From the NCBI GenBank assembly GCA_030167865.1, contig JALAGF010003637.1, positions 1-37,160 on the forward strand: DNA of 37,160 bases, in the 5' to 3' direction. A program made the translations under genes and the position numbers. The DNA is from Craspedostauros australis (lineage: Eukaryota). Shown here piece after piece: positions 31,952 through 37,160 of this stretch (position 1 is the stretch's first letter; each line of letters opens with the position of its first letter). The notes beneath the pieces were generated by a model. The model had not been told where the DNA came from. It searched no databases and worked only from the letters and a program-made list of their open reading frames with translations.

Positions 31952-34582
31952 TTAGAAGGAGAAGAGGTTGGTCTTCGTGTGCCCAATGGCGGTGAGGTTG
32001 GGTGTGCAACCTCTGTCGAGCATGATCGGTGGTCCGCACATCAGGTTGAAGACGTCGTCGCCTGGCGCGTACAGCTCCTGCTCGAAGAGCTTGCGGTCGA
32101 CGAAGCCTGTGGAGTACTTCCAGTCCTTTGGCCATCCGTCGGAGAGGATGTAGTGCACCTTGAACTTGTCTGGGAACTGGGCGGCCCACTCATCGAGTGT
32201 GGAGCGCATCAGGAGATCACCCTCCTCGCGGCAGGCGAAGATGAGGGAGCACTGCGTCGTGTCCTGCGGATGGCGCAGGATCTCAGCGGCGATCTGCATC
32301 ACCGGCGTGATTCCGGTTCCTCCGGCGATCATGTTGAACTTGGTGGCCTTGCAGGCCTCTCCGTCCAGCAGGAAGTCGCCGTTGGCGAGGTACTCGAACT
32401 CACCGACTGGTCCGCGGAAGTCGAGGAATTCGCCGATCTGCAGGTTGTCCAAGTACTGGGACATCTTGCCTCCCTCCGGGAATCGGTCGCATGGTCGGTA
32501 GGCCTTGATGACGAACTTCACGGTGCCGACATCGAAGTTGGAGGAAATTGGGGTGTAGCGGCGCACGACGACCTCTCCGTTGATGGTGGCGGAGAAGAAC
32601 ATGTGCTTTCCGGTCGGAAGGCCGAGGATGTGCTCTGGGGTTGGCAGGGCGAAATCAAGAAGGAAGGAGTCGCGCGACAGCACGATCTTGTTCTGCAGCT
32701 TGAATGGTGTCTTCTTGCGTGGGTTCAGCGCGAGCTTGCGGCCCTGGGCGTCGGTGAGCTCTTCCTCCTTGACGTCCTTCTTGATGCTGCTGACATCGAG
32801 GTCGCCGATGTAATATCTCTCGAGCATCTTGGTCGCCTTCATGGAGTGGATGGCGACGAAGTCCTCGGTCGAATCCTCACCGGCGTTGATGGTGATCGAG
32901 TCGATGCCGCCTGGGTGGAGCTCGAGGTAGTCGGTGCAGTCGTAGACTCTGTTGTTGACGACGATCCAGACATCCTCCTCGTGGTTGTGCTTGTTGACCT
33001 CGTCCATGGTGAAGATCTTCTTGGCGCCGTCTGCGGTCTTGGCTGCCGGTGGTGGTGGGACGTCGTCGTTGGCATCGGCCTGGATCTCAAGGAGCTTTCC
33101 GAAACCAGCGGAGTGCGGCTTGTCGGCAATGCGCGTCATCCATCCACCCTGCTGCTGTCCTGGCTGGGTTGGGTGCTCGAAGCGGAAGACGTGCTCGCCG
33201 TTGGCGGCCTGCTCGAGGTGGATCTTGGTGCGGAAGACCTGGTTGTTGCCCATGCCCATGAGGTTCCAGGTGGGGTGGGTTGGCTGCGTCATGTTGGCCT
33301 CATCCCAGGCGCGGCACCAGATCTCCTTGGCACCCACGAGGTCGGCGACCTTGATCTCGAAGTCCCACCAGATCCAGCACCAGTACATGCCGTGGTTGGT
33401 TGGCTTCTCCTTGCGGTCGATCTTGGCCAGCTGCCAGTGGGTGCCGCCGTCGAGGGAGATTTCGACGCGCGTGATGGCGCGGCCGCCTCCTGTGTAGGAG
33501 TATCCGGAGAGGGTGTACATCTTGTCGACATTCTTGGCGATGGCGATGGTCTCGTTGTGATCCGGCTTGGAGATGGCGGAGTTGATGTTGAGCTCGTTGA
33601 AGATGTACTCCGGCTTGTACCACCATCCTCCGGAGAGGGATTCCTCGGCCGTGATGTGCGGTGGGAGGATGCGGTTGTCGTGGTAGTGGTAGTGGTTCTT
33701 GGTCTCGTACGGGATGACGTTGATGTGCTTGAGCCACTTGATCATGCGGCCGCCGATGTATCCCGGGATGATCATGCGCACCGGGAAGCCGTGATCGGGC
33801 TGCAGGCGCTCGCCGTTGGCCTCCCATGCCACGAGGATGTCGTAGGCCGGGTTCATGGCGCGCGTGAGCGGCAGGGAGGTTCCGTACTTGACGAGCTTGC
33901 CCCATGGCTCATCCTTGAAGGGGCCTGGGCCGACCTTGTTTGGCAGATCCTCCACCCCGATCATCTCGACGTGGTAGCCGGCCATGTTGTCGCTGTCGAC
34001 CCCAGCCGCCAAGAGGAGATCGCGCAGCAGGCATCCCTTCCAGACGTTGGTGGAGACACCGGATGGTCCCCAGTTGAATCCGATGGTCTGACGGATCATG
34101 TTCTGCTCCTTGCGCCTGTTGCCGGCGCAGACGAGGGTGACGGGGAGCTCGCGGTGCGGGCACAAATCGACCAGCTTGTCCATGGTGAGGTCGAGCTTGT
34201 TGGAGACCTCGCCGCCGACGTGGATGGTGTGCTCCTCCCAGGAGAGCTGGGGGCAGGCACCGTGGTTGCGCACGTAATGCAGGGAGGATGGTGTGATGAA
34301 TCTGGTCTCGTTGATAACCGAGAGAGGTGGCTCGACGTTGAATGGGTGACGTCCCGTGAGGCGCACGAGGCGTCCGTCACGTGGGAGCCACTCATCTGGC
34401 GTTCCGGCATCGCGGTAGTCCGGGTACTTGCCGGAGAGGTCCTTGTAGGACTTGGCCTTGGCAATTTCCTCCGGCGGTGGGCTTTCCCCCTCCTTCGAGA
34501 GGAACGGGACCGGCACGGCCGATGGGTACGGTCCGTACAGCTCCTCAGCTGTTGGCTGCGATGTCTTTTCTTGCGGCGCCAT
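31952..34582 (-). CDS. NR: Assimilatory NAD(P)H nitrate reductase, 876 aa, intronless
   Basis: Moco domain (RLTGRHPFNVEPP, YVRNHG, LVCAGNRRKEQN, PDHGFPVR, GGRMIKWL), dimer domain (WCWIWW, WNLMGMGNN), cytochrome b5 domain (HPGG, AIHS), FAD/NADH domain (RRYTP, GGKMS, AGGTGITP, CGPP). The N-terminus ELYGPYP..VPVPFL is of the diatom type. Confidence 0.98.
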   Translation of the reverse strand: MAPQEKTSQPTAEELYGPYPSAVPVPFLSKEGESPPPEEIAKAKSYKDLSGKYPDYRDAGTPDEWLPRDGRLVRLTGRHPFNVEPPLSVINETRFITPSSLHYVRNHGACPQLSWEEHTIHVGGEVSNKLDLTMDKLVDLCPHRELPVTLVCAGNRRKEQNMIRQTIGFNWGPSGVSTNVWKGCLLRDLLLAAGVDSDNMAGYHVEMIGVEDLPNKVGPGPFKDEPWGKLVKYGTSLPLTRAMNPAYDILVAWEANGERLQPDHGFPVRMIIPGYIGGRMIKWLKHINVIPYETKNHYHYHDNRILPPHITAEESLSGGWWYKPEYIFNELNINSAISKPDHNETIAIAKNVDKMYTLSGYSYTGGGRAITRVEISLDGGTHWQLAKIDRKEKPTNHGMYWCWIWWDFEIKVADLVGAKEIWCRAWDEANMTQPTHPTWNLMGMGNNQVFRTKIHLEQAANGEHVFRFEHPTQPGQQQGGWMTRIADKPHSAGFGKLLEIQADANDDVPPPPAAKTADGAKKIFTMDEVNKHNHEEDVWIVVNNRVYDCTDYLELHPGGIDSITINAGEDSTEDFVAIHSMKATKMLERYYIGDLDVSSIKKDVKEEELTDAQGRKLALNPRKKTPFKLQNKIVLSRDSFLLDFALPTPEHILGLPTGKHMFFSATINGEVVVRRYTPISSNFDVGTVKFVIKAYRPCDRFPEGGKMSQYLDNLQIGEFLDFRGPVGEFEYLANGDFLLDGEACKATKFNMIAGGTGITPVMQIAAEILRHPQDTTQCSLIFACREEGDLLMRSTLDEWAAQFPDKFKVHYILSDGWPKDWKYSTGFVDRKLFEQELYAPGDDVFNLMCGPPIMLDRGCTPNLTAIGHTKTNLFSF

Positions 34583-35656
34583 TATTGTTGAACTGCTGTT
34601 GTTTTGGTTTGGTCGTCTCGGGTTTTGGTTTACAACGAGAGTCTGTGCATTGGATGGGATCGCAATTGGAATTCAATGGTAATTTGGACATGAATGATGT
34701 GGTCGCATGACGTTCATTGCATGTTCATAGATGACGAATTGATGATGATCAATTCAATCCAATAATTACATTGAATTCGACCCATCGAGTGAAGTGTTTG
34801 TTCATTCGTTTCATTCGATCCATGACGGTCGTTGAGATGAACACGAGAGATGCATCGGAGATGAGATGATCGATGATAATTAGTATGGCGTCGAATGAAT
34901 TACATCAATAAATCAAATGGTCCGTTGCATTTCGGTGATTTGTATTGTGTGAAAGAATGAAGGCACATCCATGAAAGATGTGAGGAATGAATGGTTTGGA
35001 GAAGAGAGCTTGGTGAGTGATGTGCAATCCAACATTGTGTGCAGCAGTTGTATCCGTTCTTCTTGTGGTGCAGACATGATGAGAACCTCATCGATGCGTT
35101 GCGTACCGCATCACATCACATGAGAACAGATGAGATGAATGCAATTCCGAGTATTGCCCAACGAAGCACGCCCATCAACTCGACATGACTTGTGATGATG
35201 TGCACAGAGACATGCACCATCACCACCATCTTGCACATGTCGATGACGACGACAGCCACCGCAAAGAAAGTGCGACCGTGACTTCTGTTGACGTCTTTTC
35301 TTCTCGGAGCGTGGCTTGTCATCGTCGTCGACTCATGTGGATTGATGGATGGATGGGTGCTTGGATGGATGGATGCATATCGAGATGGATGGGGCTTGCA
35401 TGCTTCCTTGTCCAAGTGCTTCCTGCATGCCTGCTCATGCCAATACCACCACCATGACTGATGATGATGATGATGATGATGAACCAACAGAACGTACCAA
35501 CAAAATAGTTAAATGAAGTTTGTGACCTGTTGAAGAGAGAGAGAGAGAGATGCAGAAGTTGGTCGATCCTTGGAGTGTGCGAATAGCACAGTGCTGTGCC
35601 GTAGAAAAATGGTGTCACGTCACGCCGAGTTGATGTGTTGTGTTGTGTCGTGTCGT

Positions 35657-35683
35657 GTTACGTTACGTTACGTTACGTTACGT
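35657..35683. repeat. Pentanucleotide repeat (CGTTA)n, about 5 copies, upstream of NR
   Basis: Read directly from the sequence. Confidence 0.85.
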
Positions 35684-36817
35684 CGCGTTGTGGTGCTTTT
35701 ACGTCCACACAGATGCACACCACCCTCTTCTCCAATCTCTGCTTCCGTCCCCATCCGATGCCGTTGGCACATGCCGCGATCTTTGGAACTTTTACTGCAG
35801 GCACCGATGTTCCACCACGCACACAATTTACGTCAAAGTTTGGAACTTGTTGCCCTGCAAGCAACACGCCAAAGAACAAATGGTTCGAGTCATGGTTACG
35901 AGAAATCTGTTCTGGCACGAACTGCTGGCACTTGACACGTCCTGCGACATTCACTCCACCAATCCGAATCAGTGAACTGTCCGTTCACGAACGAGGTCCC
36001 GTGAGAAAGCTCAGGAAGATCGCTGGAGGACACCGACGTGTTGCGCAACGGGCGATGGCCAGGTGAATCCGCAGAATTTCTGGGAGCGGAAGGAACGTGG
36101 GCAGCTGGTCAACGTGCGGAAGAGGGATTCCTGTTCTTTCTTGAGTCGAACAACCGCGTCCTTTGTGCGTCCGAGTGACAAAATCGAGAAAGTTGGTGAG
36201 CGAACAATACTATGACTCGTTGGATTAGAACAGCTGATTGATGACCCGCTGGACTAAAACAACATGGGACGAGAAGGCGCTGAAATAGTGTCGAATTCAG
36301 GATGACGCGGAGCATCACATTTCGGAGAAACCTTTTGGCGATGGGGATGGAAGGACAAGCTGGCGGACAGAATTCAGAAACTCGGCAAGAATGGAAGTCG
36401 GCTCGCCAAGGAACGAGCGACGCGATAATTGAGCTGACGTCACCAGGTGTCCCGACATCGAAACGCAAATAGTTTCTACGAACGAAACGACCTGTCCGTG
36501 ACCACTCTTCTCTCCGTTCTTGTGCCTTGGCTTCACTGAAGGGAATGTACGCGTCATGCGCCCATGTCTTGGGTACTGGTGTATCGAGGGGGCGCAGGAG
36601 GTTGTGCGGCAAGGAGGACGAAATTGCCACGCTCGCTGTTTTGTGCACTTCCGCAGGTCAGCGAACGGCCTTCGCAGTGAACGAGATGTTCTTTGGGGGA
36701 CCATCGTCCCTTGTTGGATGTGTGTTGGACGTGGTCAAAGGCGACACGCCCAGTCGTTTCCCACCATCGGCATCTGTTTCAGGCGTTTGGCGGTCTCCTC
36801 TTTGAACTCGTAGTACT

Positions 36818-37024
36818 AGGAGCCCCCCGAGTGAGTCGACCTGCACTTTGTCCTGGGACTCAACACCTTTTTTCTCAGATATCCAAACCAACCACATATT
36901 CATAATCCCCATATTCTAAAACCAAATAATGATTCAAATTACTTTCCGGTTAGACCTTATTTTAAGTTTTATGAGCCCATCAAGGCATTTTTGAGTCGTA
37001 TGGGTCGAACCCCATGAAACTCCT
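36818..37024. mobile_element. Candidate 207-bp MITE-like insertion
   Basis: AT-rich island with ends AGGAG...CTCCT, a subterminal inverted TCGACC/GGTCGA pair, and ACT direct repeats at 36815-36817 and 37025-37027. Short matches and a single copy only. Confidence 0.3.
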
Positions 37025-37160
37025 ACTTGTTTCTCAGAAGGTTCTGTGATGTTCTTGATTATTTATCGGATGGTACTCAGTCACGAAGACGGTGTCGAAG
37101 ATGTCGTTCGGTTGGTACGCGTTAAATACACGTTAGCATGTGGCGCATGATCTCACATTT

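Noticed and set aside
31853-34591. 912-aa + strand ORF as a real gene
   Set aside because: Exact antisense register to NR, V/L/G/D/E-rich composition typical of shadow frames, no recognisable domain.
35950-36810. Possible gene or gene remnant (ORFs 36109-36648 and 36315-36704)
   Set aside because: No recognisable homology or consistent frame; needs a BLASTx search.
31952-37160. Nitrate assimilation gene cluster
   Set aside because: No nitrate transporter, nitrite reductase or Moco biosynthesis gene is visible in this window.

Overview
Eukaryotic nuclear DNA with compact genes, few GT-AG introns and microsatellite-rich intergenic regions, most likely from a pennate diatom (inferred from a diatom-type nitrate reductase N-terminus and a bipartite-type plastid presequence). 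Eleven gene-like loci are supported, plus one weak ORF: RPB12 (2 exons), a GH36 alpha-galactosidase, a 3-exon ~1747-aa ubiquitin-system protein, a DUF4336 protein, a bacterial-type M14 peptidase, a low-complexity hypothetical protein, a GT49 glycosyltransferase, two tandem CRAL-TRIO paralogs (one with a premature TAG), a large ankyrin-like repeat protein and nitrate reductase. The standout is the gene at 4829-10431, which the ORF track splits into three pieces. Once spliced it combines an N-terminal membrane anchor, a p97/Cdc48-binding VIM motif, a Ufd2/UBE4 (E4) core without a U-box, a BIRC6-type E2 domain with its catalytic Cys, and a C-terminal tail resembling the Cdc48/p97 PUB-binding tail. 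This is a candidate single-chain, membrane-anchored E4-E2/Cdc48-adaptor module. All family calls come from motif recognition by eye, not database searches.
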